A DNA stretch of 52,071 nucleotides from Armatimonadota bacterium (lineage in GTDB: Bacteria > Armatimonadota > Fimbriimonadia > Fimbriimonadales > GBS-DC). Below, piece by piece: positions 18,301 to 28,168 of the stretch. Positions within the stretch are counted from its first letter, which is position 1, and each line of letters opens with the position of its first letter. Location: contig JBBIML010000020.1 in NCBI GenBank assembly GCA_037444405.1, positions 1 to 52,071 of the forward strand. Reading direction: 5' to 3'. A program made the position numbers and the translations under genes. A model generated the notes under the pieces. It was not told the origin of the DNA, searched no databases, and saw only the letters and a list, made by a program, of their open reading frames with translations.

Positions 18301-19854
18301 ATGAGCAGCTGGAAATGGTTTGCGATTGGACTGATTGGGGTCAGCCTGTGCAGCTATGGCTGGGCACAGCTCCAGTCAGACGCACCGTGGCCCTCGTTAG
18401 GGCGCGATTATCGCAACACGCGCCGCACAACTCTGGGCGCGCCCACCAACGGCAGCCTGCGCTGGAGCTATAACGCGGGTGGTCGCACCCTTGCCTCCCC
18501 CGCTATCGCTGCCGACGGAACCATCTATGTGCCGACCACCATCGGCGTGGATGCTGTGAACCCGAACGGCACGCGCCGCTGGCGATGGGCGGCAGGTATT
18601 GGCGTGCCCTACTCCACACCTGCGATTGGCGCCGATGGCGCTATCTATGTGATTGGCAATCCGAACGACGCGATGCTGATCGCGCTCAACCCGAACGGAA
18701 CCCTGCGCTGGAGCCTCTATCTGGGCGGCACCGAAGTGCGCTCCTCACCCACGATCGGACCCGACGGGCGCATCTATGTCACGAACGGGCAGACGCCCGG
18801 TGGCTACCTTTACTGCGTCAACCCGAACGGCACGGTTGCATGGCGACTCTATCTGGACTGGGAAGCGAACAGCACCCCCTGCTTCGGCGAGGACGGCACC
18901 ATCTATGTCGGCTCCGCGAACTATCTTAATGCCGTGCATCCGAATGGCACCATCCTGTGGCGGTTTCCTGTGTTCTATCCCGTCAGAGGCACTATTGCGC
19001 TCACGAATGGCCGCCTCTTTTTCGGTTCGCTCGATTTTGCCTTCCGTGCAGTGAGCCTCTCAGGGCAACAGTTGTGGATGGTGGTCACCGATAACATGAT
19101 CGAAGCCGGTCCTGCTGTCACAGATGACAGTGTCTATTTTGTATCGTGGGATGGACGGCTCAGTGCCTATAGCCATCAGGGCGTTCCTCGCTGGCGGATT
19201 AGTATAACCACGCGCACAGGGTCACCAGCGGTGGGTGCTGATGGTACTGTCTATTTGGTCGGCAGTGGCGGCTGGCGCGTCTATGCGATCAACCCCGCGA
19301 ACGGGTTAACTCGCTGGAACTACTTCTTGAGCTCGTCCAATCTCGCCAGCTCGCCTGCTATCGGCGCCGATGGCACCATCTATGTGCTGGAAGGTAATGG
19401 TGTTCTGCGCGCCTTCGGTCCGCTCGGCGGCTTTTTGATGGGCGGCATGGAGCTGGAAGGCTGGAATGGTGGCTATGAGGGGCAGGAAGCGGTCGTGCAG
19501 TTCTATCAGGACGGTGAACTGAAGTACGAAATGATTACCCCACTCGACGCCAGTGGCAACTTCTTCCTTGCCAATACGCCCGTTGGTGTCCATGACATCA
19601 AAGTTCGCCTGCGCCGCTCGCTGCCCGGCACGATGCAGGGTGTGCCCATCGAGACCGATGCGCCCGGCTATGTGCATGTGGTGCTGGGCAACGGCGATTT
19701 GAACGGGGACGGCATCGTGGATGACAACGACCTGCTCACCATCCTGCTGGCATTCGATACCTGGAACGCCGATCTGGACCTCACGGGCGACGCCTATGTC
19801 GATGACGCCGATTTGCTGATTGTGCTGTTCAACTTTGGCTCCACCGGCGAATGA
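18301..19854 (+). CDS. Secreted PQQ-like beta-propeller protein with a dockerin/EF-hand-like C-terminal domain
   Basis: Signal peptide; repeated SSPAIGxDGTIYV...AxNPNGTxxW; GDLNGDGIVDDNDLL...DLTGDAYVDDADLLIVLFNFG. TATAAT at 18274 and AAGGAG RBS. Confidence 0.88.
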   Translation: MSSWKWFAIGLIGVSLCSYGWAQLQSDAPWPSLGRDYRNTRRTTLGAPTNGSLRWSYNAGGRTLASPAIAADGTIYVPTTIGVDAVNPNGTRRWRWAAGIGVPYSTPAIGADGAIYVIGNPNDAMLIALNPNGTLRWSLYLGGTEVRSSPTIGPDGRIYVTNGQTPGGYLYCVNPNGTVAWRLYLDWEANSTPCFGEDGTIYVGSANYLNAVHPNGTILWRFPVFYPVRGTIALTNGRLFFGSLDFAFRAVSLSGQQLWMVVTDNMIEAGPAVTDDSVYFVSWDGRLSAYSHQGVPRWRISITTRTGSPAVGADGTVYLVGSGGWRVYAINPANGLTRWNYFLSSSNLASSPAIGADGTIYVLEGNGVLRAFGPLGGFLMGGMELEGWNGGYEGQEAVVQFYQDGELKYEMITPLDASGNFFLANTPVGVHDIKVRLRRSLPGTMQGVPIETDAPGYVHVVLGNGDLNGDGIVDDNDLLTILLAFDTWNADLDLTGDAYVDDADLLIVLFNFGSTGE

Positions 19855-19896
19855 GCGCGCCGCCCGCAGGGTACAATCCGGGCGGGAGGTGCAGCG

Positions 19897-21381
19897 CTGC
19901 GGATAGAGACGCGGATTCGTCCCGATTGGGAGCGATGGCTCCAACGCTTGCAGGCAGGCGCGGACCCTCTGATGCTGCTGGAAGAGGTGTTGGAATGGGC
20001 GCGCAAACAGACCGCTGCCCAGACTGCGCTGCTACTGTTGCCCACACCCGGCGGCACAGAGGTCGATTTCGCGCTCACGGTGGGTCAGGGCGCTGAGGAG
20101 CTGCGCGGGCTGCGCCTGCGACCTGACGAAACGGTGCTGGATGACCTGCTCCAGAAACGCACCGTGTGGCGCTTCTATAACGAAAGCGAGCCTGAGAGCC
20201 ATTCGCGGGGCGTGCGGCGCGGCTTCAAAGGGCTGCAAAGCGGCGTCGGCGTCCCCCTGCCCGCGCTACCCACCAGCGCGCTGGTGCTGGTCAACCGCCG
20301 CCAGCACGAGCCGTTTGATGAGAACGCCGTCGCCCTGCTGCAGGCGATTGCGCCCCTGTTCACCGTCGCGGTCTATCTGCAGGGTTTGCGTCAGGCACTG
20401 GAGCAGCACGAGCGCGAGCGGGAGTGGCTGCGCCACCTGCCCGAACAGCTCCGCGAAGAGTTCAGCCTCCAGCGCGTGCTGCAGACTATCGAACCCCTGC
20501 TGCGCGCGACGGCGCCCGTCAGTGGCGGTATATGGCTCTACAACGAGGAGCGCACCCGCCTGCTCTGCACCCTCCACTACGGCGCACCCCTGCTACCAGC
20601 CACCCTTGACCCCGCCACCCTGCCTCCTGACTGGCACATGACGCCGAGCCAGCTGAACACCGAATCGGGTCTGGTTGCTACACTGTTCCCGCTGAACCTC
20701 ACCGGTCGCACGCTGGGACTGCTCGCGCTCGGTGAACACGCCGAAGGCGAATCGTTGCTCCACGCGATTCAGGAAGCAGCAGTAGCAGGGGCATCTCTGC
20801 CCCTGCTACACGAGGCAAAAGACCTTTCGCCCCTGCTAATGCCCATCGCCCTGCTGATTGCCCACGCCATGCTCCATGAGCAGCTCGCCCGCCGCTCGCA
20901 GCAGATGGCGAGCCTGTACGAGTTCTCCCAGCGCATCGGCGAGATACGCTCGCTCGAATCGTGGCTTGTGCTGATGGCGAACACCGCTCTGCAGCTGACG
21001 CCCGCCGATCACGCCGTGATCTACTTTGCGCCTGACGCCAGCACCGAGCCGGAACGGCTGCAACCCGTGTGCGTCTTGCCCCTGAACGAGACCCTTCTGC
21101 GCTATGCACCTGGCGTGCCCTATAGCCTGCCGGGCTGGGTCTATGCGTTCAATGCGCCGCTGGACGCGCCCGACTTGCCCCACCATCCCCAGAACCTGAA
21201 GGAGCCACTGCCCGGCGATTTCCAGTCGGCGCTCGCCGTGCCACTGCAACACGCCGAGCAGGTGTGTGGCGTGCTGATGCTGGTAAGCTCCGCCCCACGC
21301 GAGTTCACGCTGGCGGAGGTGGAATCGCTCTTCACGCTGGCGAACATCGGCACGCTCCGCCTGCAAACTCTGGAGAGTTAG
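19897..21381 (+). CDS. Multi-GAF domain protein with no recognisable output domain
   Basis: GAF signatures (LVLVNRR..PFDE; QSALAVPL..QVCGVLML...REFTLAEVESL). Probable CTG start 6 nt after GGAGGT; the ORF track gives TTG 19948. Confidence 0.75.
   Translation: MRIETRIRPDWERWLQRLQAGADPLMLLEEVLEWARKQTAAQTALLLLPTPGGTEVDFALTVGQGAEELRGLRLRPDETVLDDLLQKRTVWRFYNESEPESHSRGVRRGFKGLQSGVGVPLPALPTSALVLVNRRQHEPFDENAVALLQAIAPLFTVAVYLQGLRQALEQHEREREWLRHLPEQLREEFSLQRVLQTIEPLLRATAPVSGGIWLYNEERTRLLCTLHYGAPLLPATLDPATLPPDWHMTPSQLNTESGLVATLFPLNLTGRTLGLLALGEHAEGESLLHAIQEAAVAGASLPLLHEAKDLSPLLMPIALLIAHAMLHEQLARRSQQMASLYEFSQRIGEIRSLESWLVLMANTALQLTPADHAVIYFAPDASTEPERLQPVCVLPLNETLLRYAPGVPYSLPGWVYAFNAPLDAPDLPHHPQNLKEPLPGDFQSALAVPLQHAEQVCGVLMLVSSAPREFTLAEVESLFTLANIGTLRLQTLES
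20782..20809. repeat. Intragenic GTAG-REP palindrome
   Basis: GTAGCAGGGGCA-TCTC-TGCCCCTGCTAC, read in frame as VAGASLPLL. Confidence 0.8.
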
Positions 21382-21385
21382 CCCG

Positions 21386-22156
21386 ATGCGCAAGCCCACG
21401 CTCAGCCCCACGCGAATCCAGACCTACCTCACCTGCCAGGTGAAATATTACTGGGCGTATCTCTCGCCGATAGGGCGCCGATACCGCCGACCGAACCCTG
21501 TGCTGACACTCGGCGCGAATCTCCATCGCGTGCTGCAGGTGTTCCACGAGCTGGGCGGGGCACAGACGCTCACGCGCGAGCAGGTCGCAGACACCCTCGA
21601 AATGCTCTGGAGCCACGCCGGATTCGAAACGCCCGAACAGAGCGAGCAACAGAAACAGCTGGGACACGCGCTCATCGCCCACTACTACGAGCGCCATGCC
21701 AGCCAGCCATCGCCTGCCCGTACCCTGTTCACCGAAAAGCAACTGCGCCTCGAACGCGACCTCTATGTGCTGCTGGGACGCCTCGACCGCGTGGACGAAT
21801 ATCCCGACGGCACACTGGAGATTATCGACTACAAAAGCGGGCGCGAGCGCATCACCGAGGAGCAGGTGGCGAACGACCTCGCGCTCAACTGCTACGCGCT
21901 TCTGCTCCAGCCCCACTATCCCGACCGCCCCCTGCTCATCTCCATCTACGCGCTGCGGGCGGGCGAGAAGGCGACCGTCGCCATCGATGCCGCCCAGCTT
22001 CAGGAGTTCGCCCGGCTGCTGGACGGACTCGCCGAGCAGATTCTGAACACGCGTTACGAGCCGCTGGCACCGACGCCGATCCCGCACTGCGCCGCCTGCG
22101 AGTACCTGCCCCTGTGCGCCCGCTACTTCAGCAGTTCAAATGAACAGGAGGGATAA
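21386..22156 (+). CDS. PD-(D/E)XK nuclease of the RecB/Cas4-like family, probable Fe-S cluster
   Basis: LSPTRIQTYLTC, GRLDRVD, IIDYKSG and CAACEYLPLC (1+3 Cys). Confidence 0.88.
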   Translation: MRKPTLSPTRIQTYLTCQVKYYWAYLSPIGRRYRRPNPVLTLGANLHRVLQVFHELGGAQTLTREQVADTLEMLWSHAGFETPEQSEQQKQLGHALIAHYYERHASQPSPARTLFTEKQLRLERDLYVLLGRLDRVDEYPDGTLEIIDYKSGRERITEEQVANDLALNCYALLLQPHYPDRPLLISIYALRAGEKATVAIDAAQLQEFARLLDGLAEQILNTRYEPLAPTPIPHCAACEYLPLCARYFSSSNEQEG

Positions 22157-22158
22157 CA

Positions 22159-22830
22159 ATGTGTGGACGATTCGCGCTTTATACATCAGCAGAGAAACTG
22201 GCCGCGCAGTTTAAGCTGCCGCTGCCGTTCGCGATTGCGCCGCGTTATAACATCGCGCCGAGCCAGCCTGTGCTGGCGCTGCACACCCTGCGCGAGCGTG
22301 GCGAACGCGAATGGACCCATCTGCAGTGGGGTCTTGTGCCCGCGTGGGCGGACGACCCCCGAATCGGGAATCGGATGATCAACGCCCGCGCGGAGACGCT
22401 CGCCGAGAAGCCCGCCTTCCGCGCCGCGCTCCGCTACCGACGCTGTATCATCCCCGCTGATGGCTTCTACGAATGGCAATCGCAGGGCAAGACGAAGCAG
22501 CCCTACTTCGTGCGCCATCGCGCGGGCAAAACGCTGGCGCTGGCGGGGCTGTGGGAACACTGGCAGGGCGCGGACGGCTCCGAACTGCAAACCTGCACCA
22601 TCATCACAACCGAACCGAACGCCGTCATCCGACCCCTGCACAATCGGATGGCGGTCATCCTGCCCGAAGAGGCGTATGAGCTGTGGTTAGACCCGAATGT
22701 GCAGCGTCCAGAGCAGCTGTTGCCCCTTCTGCGCCCTGCGCCCGATGATATGCTGATCGCCTATCCCGTCAGCCCGCGCGTGAACAATCCCGCCAGCGAT
22801 GACCCCAGCCTCATCGAGCCGATGGAGTAG
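22159..22830 (+). CDS. SOS response-associated peptidase (SRAP/HMCES/YedK family)
   Basis: MCGRF N-terminus, RYNIAPSQ, WGLVP, INARAET, PADGFYEW and HNRM. Confidence 0.95.
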   Translation: MCGRFALYTSAEKLAAQFKLPLPFAIAPRYNIAPSQPVLALHTLRERGEREWTHLQWGLVPAWADDPRIGNRMINARAETLAEKPAFRAALRYRRCIIPADGFYEWQSQGKTKQPYFVRHRAGKTLALAGLWEHWQGADGSELQTCTIITTEPNAVIRPLHNRMAVILPEEAYELWLDPNVQRPEQLLPLLRPAPDDMLIAYPVSPRVNNPASDDPSLIEPME

Positions 22831-22880
22831 GCAGGACTCCTGTTAGCGATGCCGAACCGTGCCGACGGTGAGGTGAAACG

Positions 22881-25800
22881 ATGTTCAAACGGCTGTTGGT
22901 GCTGCTGGGACTCTGTCTGATTGGTGCCAGTAGCAGGCGCATCCTGCGCCTGGCCCGACTCCCGCTGCTGGGACTCTGTCTGATCGGTGTGCTATGGGCG
23001 CAGGATACACCCTATCGCCTGCCAGAGGTGTACGCGATCAAAGGCGCCCGAATCGTGCCTGTGAGCAGCCCGCCCATCGAGAAGGGCACGATTGTGGTGC
23101 GCGACGGCGTGATTGCGGCGGTGGGCGAAGCGGAGAAGACGCCCATCCCACCCGATGCCGAGGTGATCGACGGCACAGGGCTGACGGTCTATCCGGGCTT
23201 TATCGACGGCTTCACCGCGCTGGGCATGCCCGCCCAGGCGAACGATCCCGCCTATACGGCTTACGAGCGAGGCAACACCGCGTCGAATGCGCAGGTTCGT
23301 CCGGAGCGGCAGGCGTCGGTGCTGTATCAGCCCGATAGCGGCGCGCTGGCACGCTGGCGCCGCGCGGGCTTCGTGGCGGCGCTCGTGGTGCCCCCGCACG
23401 GCATCCTGTCGGGCACGAGCGCGCTGGTGAGCCTGGGCGACGGCTCACCCGCCGCGATGGTCATCCGCCCCGACTTTGGCGTCCATATGAACCTGCGCGG
23501 GCGTGCCGTTTCAGAAGAGGGCTTCGGCGGCGGCTACCCCAGCTCGCTGATGGGCGCCATCGCGCTGGTGCGTCAGACCTTCTACGACGCCCAGCACCAG
23601 GCGCAGATATGGGCGATCTATCGCAAATCGCCCGACGGCAAGCCACGCCCGACGCTCAATCGCGCACTGGACGCGCTCCAGCCCGTGTTGAAGCAGGAGA
23701 TGCCCCTCGTTGCGCTCGCCAATAACGCGCAGGACATCTTGCGAGCCATCCGAATTGCCGATGAGTTTAAATTGAAACTCATTATCGCGGGCGGGCAGGA
23801 AGCCGCCAGAGTCGCCGACACACTCGCCAGACGCAAAATCCCCGTCCTGTTGAGCATGGAGATGCCCGAACCCCTGCGCACCTATGACCCGCTGAACCCG
23901 CCTTCGCTCACGAGCCTGCGCAACCGCGCACTCGCCTACCAGAACGCTGCCATCCTGCACGAGAAGGGCGTGACCTTCGCCTTCACCACCGAGGGACTGA
24001 ACGACCCCGAACGCCTGCTGCGCAATATTCGCATTGCGATTGCGAATGGTCTACCGAAGGAGAAGGCGCTGGAGGCGCTCACGATTATCCCCGCGCGGCT
24101 GTTCGGCGTGGACGATCGGCTCGGCTCCATTCAGAAGGGCAAGCTGGCGAGCTTCGTCATCAGCGAGGGCGAGCTATTCGAATCGCGCACGCGCCTGCGC
24201 TACCTGTTTGTGGATGGCAGGCGCTATCGGCTCGAAGAACCGCCAGCGAGTACGGCACCGCCCGTGCCCCGATTCCGTCGCCCGCGCGACTGGGACGCCA
24301 CCGAGACCAGCAGCCCCTATGAAGCCTCCTGCTGCTACGAACATGCGCACTGCGACAACAGCTGCGACCATCTCACCGCCGGAATCCCGCAGGAACCCGT
24401 CTCGCCTGAAGGCGGCACACGCCCGCAGGAGCAACCTTCCAGCCAGCCGCCGGGCGAATCGCGCCCGGATGAGACCCCACGCCTGCCCCGCGTGAAGCTG
24501 GAACCCATCATGCCGCCGCCCGCCGATGAGCATAACACCTGGCTCATCCGCAACGCCACCGTGTGGACGCTCACAACCGATGCGCCCATGCCCAACACCG
24601 ATGTGCTGATTGTGGACGGCACGATTCGAGCCGTCGGTAAGAACCTGCCCGCGCCTGCCAGCGCGCGAATCATCGACGCCACCGGCAAACACCTCACGCC
24701 CGGCATCATCGACGGCCATTCCCACACCGCTATCTCCGGCGGCGTGAACGAGGGCACCAATGTCTGCACCGCCGAAGTGCGCATCCAGGATGTGCTGAAC
24801 CCCGACGATGTGAACATCTATCGCCAGCTGGCAGGCGGCGTCACCACCGCCAATGTGCTGCACGGCTCCGCGAATGTGATTGGCGGTCAGAACGCGGTGG
24901 TCAAATGGCGCTGGGGCAAGAGCGCGGACGAGATGCTCTTCAAAGAGGCGCCGCCGGGCATCAAGTTCGCGCTGGGCGAGAATGTGAAACGCGCCAACTT
25001 CGGCGGGCGAGCGGGCGCACCCACACGCTATCCCGCCACCCGCATGGGCGTCGAACAGGTCGTGCGCGAGCGGTTCCTCGCCGCGTTAGATTACAAACGC
25101 CAGCAGGAAGAGTATCGCACCGACAAGCGACCCTACCCGCCCGCCCGCGACCTGCAGCTGGAAGCGCTCCTGGAAATTCTCGAAGGCAAGCGCCTCATCC
25201 ACTGCCACAGCTATCGGCAGGACGAGATTCTGATGCTGATGCGCGTGTGCGAGGAGTTCGGCGTGCGCATCGCCACCTTCCAGCATGTGCTGGAGGGCTA
25301 TAAGGTGGCGAAGGAGATGGCGCAACACGGCGTCGGCGGCTCCACCTTCTCCGACTGGTGGGCGTACAAAATGGAAGCCTATGACGCCATCCCCTACAAC
25401 GGGGCGCTCATGGCGGCGCGCGGCGTGGTCGTCTCCTTCAACTCCGATAGCAACGAGCTGGCGCGACGGCTCAACACCGAAGCCGCCAAAGCCGTCAAAT
25501 ATGGCGGCATGAGCGAGGTCGAGGCACTCAAGCTCGTCACGCTCAACCCCGCCAGACAGCTGGGCATCGACCGCTATGTGGGCACGATCGAGCCGGGCAA
25601 GCACGCCGACCTCGCGCTCTGGAGCGATAACCCGCTCAGCGTCTACGCCCGCTGCGAGAAGACCTTCATCGACGGCGTGCTCTATTTCGATATCGAGCGC
25701 GACCGCCAGTGGCGTCAGCAGCTGGAGCAGGAGCGTCAGGAGTATCTGAAGACCATGCGCCCAGCGTCGCTGTTTGACCGCCCGCGCGAGGAGTCGCGCT

Positions 25801-26144
25801 CCGAGCGCCCTGCCGAACCGTCGCACCCTGACCAGCGCACCGCTGCAGGCACCTGGAAAGGAACCATCACGGGCGGCGACCCGCTGCCACCCGAAGGCAT
25901 CGAGTTCACCCTCACGCTGACCCAGCAGGGCGAACGATGGAGCGGCACCATCCAGACCCTGCTCGGCACGGTGAACTTCGCTGACGCCCAGTTCGACCCG
26001 AACACCGGCACCCTGCAGTTCACCTTCCAGACGCCCGACGGCATGAGCATCACGGTGAACGCCACCATCGAGGGCAACCACATGCAGGGCAGCATCAGCG
26101 TGATGGGATTCACCTTCAGCCTGCAGGCACAGCGCGTGCCATAG
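22881..26144 (+). CDS. Secreted tandem amidohydrolase (two amidohydrolase-like domains plus a C-terminal beta domain)
   Basis: Domain 1 has VYPGFID without HxH; domain 2 has TPGIIDGHSH, IKFALGENVK, HCHSYR, FNSD and GTIEPGKHADL. Confidence 0.88.
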   Translation: MFKRLLVLLGLCLIGASSRRILRLARLPLLGLCLIGVLWAQDTPYRLPEVYAIKGARIVPVSSPPIEKGTIVVRDGVIAAVGEAEKTPIPPDAEVIDGTGLTVYPGFIDGFTALGMPAQANDPAYTAYERGNTASNAQVRPERQASVLYQPDSGALARWRRAGFVAALVVPPHGILSGTSALVSLGDGSPAAMVIRPDFGVHMNLRGRAVSEEGFGGGYPSSLMGAIALVRQTFYDAQHQAQIWAIYRKSPDGKPRPTLNRALDALQPVLKQEMPLVALANNAQDILRAIRIADEFKLKLIIAGGQEAARVADTLARRKIPVLLSMEMPEPLRTYDPLNPPSLTSLRNRALAYQNAAILHEKGVTFAFTTEGLNDPERLLRNIRIAIANGLPKEKALEALTIIPARLFGVDDRLGSIQKGKLASFVISEGELFESRTRLRYLFVDGRRYRLEEPPASTAPPVPRFRRPRDWDATETSSPYEASCCYEHAHCDNSCDHLTAGIPQEPVSPEGGTRPQEQPSSQPPGESRPDETPRLPRVKLEPIMPPPADEHNTWLIRNATVWTLTTDAPMPNTDVLIVDGTIRAVGKNLPAPASARIIDATGKHLTPGIIDGHSHTAISGGVNEGTNVCTAEVRIQDVLNPDDVNIYRQLAGGVTTANVLHGSANVIGGQNAVVKWRWGKSADEMLFKEAPPGIKFALGENVKRANFGGRAGAPTRYPATRMGVEQVVRERFLAALDYKRQQEEYRTDKRPYPPARDLQLEALLEILEGKRLIHCHSYRQDEILMLMRVCEEFGVRIATFQHVLEGYKVAKEMAQHGVGGSTFSDWWAYKMEAYDAIPYNGALMAARGVVVSFNSDSNELARRLNTEAAKAVKYGGMSEVEALKLVTLNPARQLGIDRYVGTIEPGKHADLALWSDNPLSVYARCEKTFIDGVLYFDIERDRQWRQQLEQERQEYLKTMRPASLFDRPREESRSERPAEPSHPDQRTAAGTWKGTITGGDPLPPEGIEFTLTLTQQGERWSGTIQTLLGTVNFADAQFDPNTGTLQFTFQTPDGMSITVNATIEGNHMQGSISVMGFTFSLQAQRVP
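22901..22989 (+). repeat. GTAG-REP insert between 26-bp direct repeats, inside a signal peptide
   Basis: GCTGCTGGGACTCTGTCTGAT(T/C)GGTG at 22901 and 22964 flank CCAGTAGCAGGCGCATCCTGCGCCTGG... Confidence 0.85.
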
Positions 26145-26155
26145 CGAAGCCACCG

Positions 26156-27220
26156 ATGTTGACCGAGCGGAACCGACTGGCGCTTCTAATGCACGAGGGT
26201 CTGCGCAGCCCCATCGGCAAGACGGGGCTGGGACTGCTGCGCTACAGTCGCGCCCCGATTGTCGCCGTCATCGACTATGAGTGTGCGGGTGGCTCCATCC
26301 CCGCGCTGACGGGCATCCCGCGCGAAGTGCCCATCGTCGCCTCGTTGCAGGACGCGCTCGCCTATCAGCCCGACACGCTGGTGATTGGCATCGCACCGCC
26401 AGGCGGCATGCTGCCCGACGCGTGGTGGCAGGAGGTGCGGCAGGCGGTGATGGCGGGGCTGAACCTCGTGAACGGTCTGCACATCCCGATGGCGGAGCAT
26501 CCCGACCTGAAGCCGTTCCTGCACGGCTGCCAGTGGGTCTGGGACATCCGTCGCGAGCCGCCTGACCTGCAGGTCGGCACCGGCGCCGCCCGCCACCTCG
26601 CCTGCAAGCGCGTGCTGACCGTCGGCACCGACATGTCAGTCGGCAAGATGACCGTCAGCATCGAGATGCATCGCGCTTGCCTCCAGCGCGGACTGCGCTC
26701 AAAGTTCCTCGCAACGGGTCAGACGGGCATCATGATCGAGGGCGACGGAGTCGCGCTGGACGCCGTGCGCGTCGACTTCGCCTCCGGCGCGATTGAGAAG
26801 TTCACTCTGCAGCTGGGGCAGGATGCCGATGTGGTGCATATCGAGGGGCAGGGCGCGCTGTTCAACCCCGCCTCGACGGCGACGCTGCCCCTGCTGCGCG
26901 GCGCCCAGCCCACGCACCTCATTCTGGTTCACCGCGCGGGTCAGACCCACATCTGGCGCTATCCCGATGTGCCCATCCCGCCGCTCCCGGTGGCGATTCG
27001 GCTCTACGAGGAGCTGGCGTCGGCGGGCGGGTCGTTCTACCCGTCGCGCGTGGCGGCAATCGCGCTCAACACGGCGCACCTGAGCGATTCGGAAGCCCGC
27101 GCCGCCATCGATCAAACCGCGCAGGAAACGGGCTTACCCTGCACCGACCCCATACGCTTCGGCGCCGACCCGCTGGTGAACGCTATCTTTCAACCGAACC
27201 CCGCGCCACCCGCTGGATAA
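26156..27220 (+). CDS. DUF1611 domain protein (DgcN-like, P-loop)
   Basis: GKTGLGLLRY, VLTVGTDMSVGKMT, FLATGQTGI, IEGQGAL and LLRGAQP. Confidence 0.88.
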   Translation: MLTERNRLALLMHEGLRSPIGKTGLGLLRYSRAPIVAVIDYECAGGSIPALTGIPREVPIVASLQDALAYQPDTLVIGIAPPGGMLPDAWWQEVRQAVMAGLNLVNGLHIPMAEHPDLKPFLHGCQWVWDIRREPPDLQVGTGAARHLACKRVLTVGTDMSVGKMTVSIEMHRACLQRGLRSKFLATGQTGIMIEGDGVALDAVRVDFASGAIEKFTLQLGQDADVVHIEGQGALFNPASTATLPLLRGAQPTHLILVHRAGQTHIWRYPDVPIPPLPVAIRLYEELASAGGSFYPSRVAAIALNTAHLSDSEARAAIDQTAQETGLPCTDPIRFGADPLVNAIFQPNPAPPAG

Positions 27221-27319
27221 ACCCAACCTTACAGATTGCCGCTTAAGCTCCGCTATGGCGGGGACTTGATATTTAGCCATGCTAAGGGGTATATTTATAG
27301 AGAATGGAGGAACCGAGCG

Positions 27320-28093
27320 ATGGAGAGCCACTCTCAGAAGAGGTGGATGGCGCAATCGCCGATCCGCCGCGGGTTTACTTTGATCGAGCTGCTGGTCGTA
27401 ATCGCGATTATCGCGATTCTGGCGGCGATTCTGTTCCCTGTGTTTGCGCAGGCACGCGCAAAGGCACGCCAGAGCAGCTGCTTAAGCAACCTGCGTCAGC
27501 ACGGCATGGCGATTGCCATGTATGTGCAGGACTGGGAGGCGTTCCCGCCCTTTTCCTATGTGACGCATGGGCTGCCCGTGCGCTGGTATGACCATGTGTT
27601 CACCTACACGCGCAACGCGGGCATCTTCGTGTGTCCGCAGGTTTCGCGCAAATGGGATTTCGGCGCGGCAGGGCGCAACGCGACCTACGGCTATAACTAC
27701 CAGTATCTGGGTCTTTCGCGGGCGAACTGCTGGAATGTGCCTGTTGTTGAAAGCATGATCGAAACGCCTGCGCAGACGATTGCCGTCGGCGACAGTCGTG
27801 GTACAGGCACACGCCCATGTAAAAATGACGACCCCAGCGACCCCGACTTCACCAATCCCGACTGCCTGCACAATCACGGCTACTCGCTGGATCCGCCCGT
27901 CTTACCGCCCTGCCGATACGGTTCGGGACCCAACGCGCCGAGCAGTGCGGGACGCTGGTCGCCGCCCCACGAGCGCCACAGCAACGGCGCGAACTTCGCC
28001 TTCGTGGATGGTCACGCCCGCTGGAGCAGGGTGGACGCCCTCTATCAGGACAACCGCTGGTGGAACGGGCGGTATCCTGATCCCAATCCGTGA
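27320..28093 (+). CDS. Prepilin-type N-methylation / DUF1559 protein with H-X9-DG C-terminal motif
   Basis: [38 protein letters not shown] and [15 protein letters not shown]. Confidence 0.93.
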   Translation: MESHSQKRWMAQSPIRRGFTLIELLVVIAIIAILAAILFPVFAQARAKARQSSCLSNLRQHGMAIAMYVQDWEAFPPFSYVTHGLPVRWYDHVFTYTRNAGIFVCPQVSRKWDFGAAGRNATYGYNYQYLGLSRANCWNVPVVESMIETPAQTIAVGDSRGTGTRPCKNDDPSDPDFTNPDCLHNHGYSLDPPVLPPCRYGSGPNAPSSAGRWSPPHERHSNGANFAFVDGHARWSRVDALYQDNRWWNGRYPDPNP

Positions 28094-28140
28094 GAGGCAG
28101 GTCGTCCTGGTTCGCACAGGAACGGCTTTAGCCGCATCGA

Positions 28141-28168
28141 GTAGGGGGCGTGGTCACCACGCCCCTAC
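28141..28168. repeat. GTAG-REP palindrome
   Basis: GTAGGGGGCGTGGTCACCACGCCCCTAC, flanked by degenerate 20-bp direct repeats. Confidence 0.8.
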
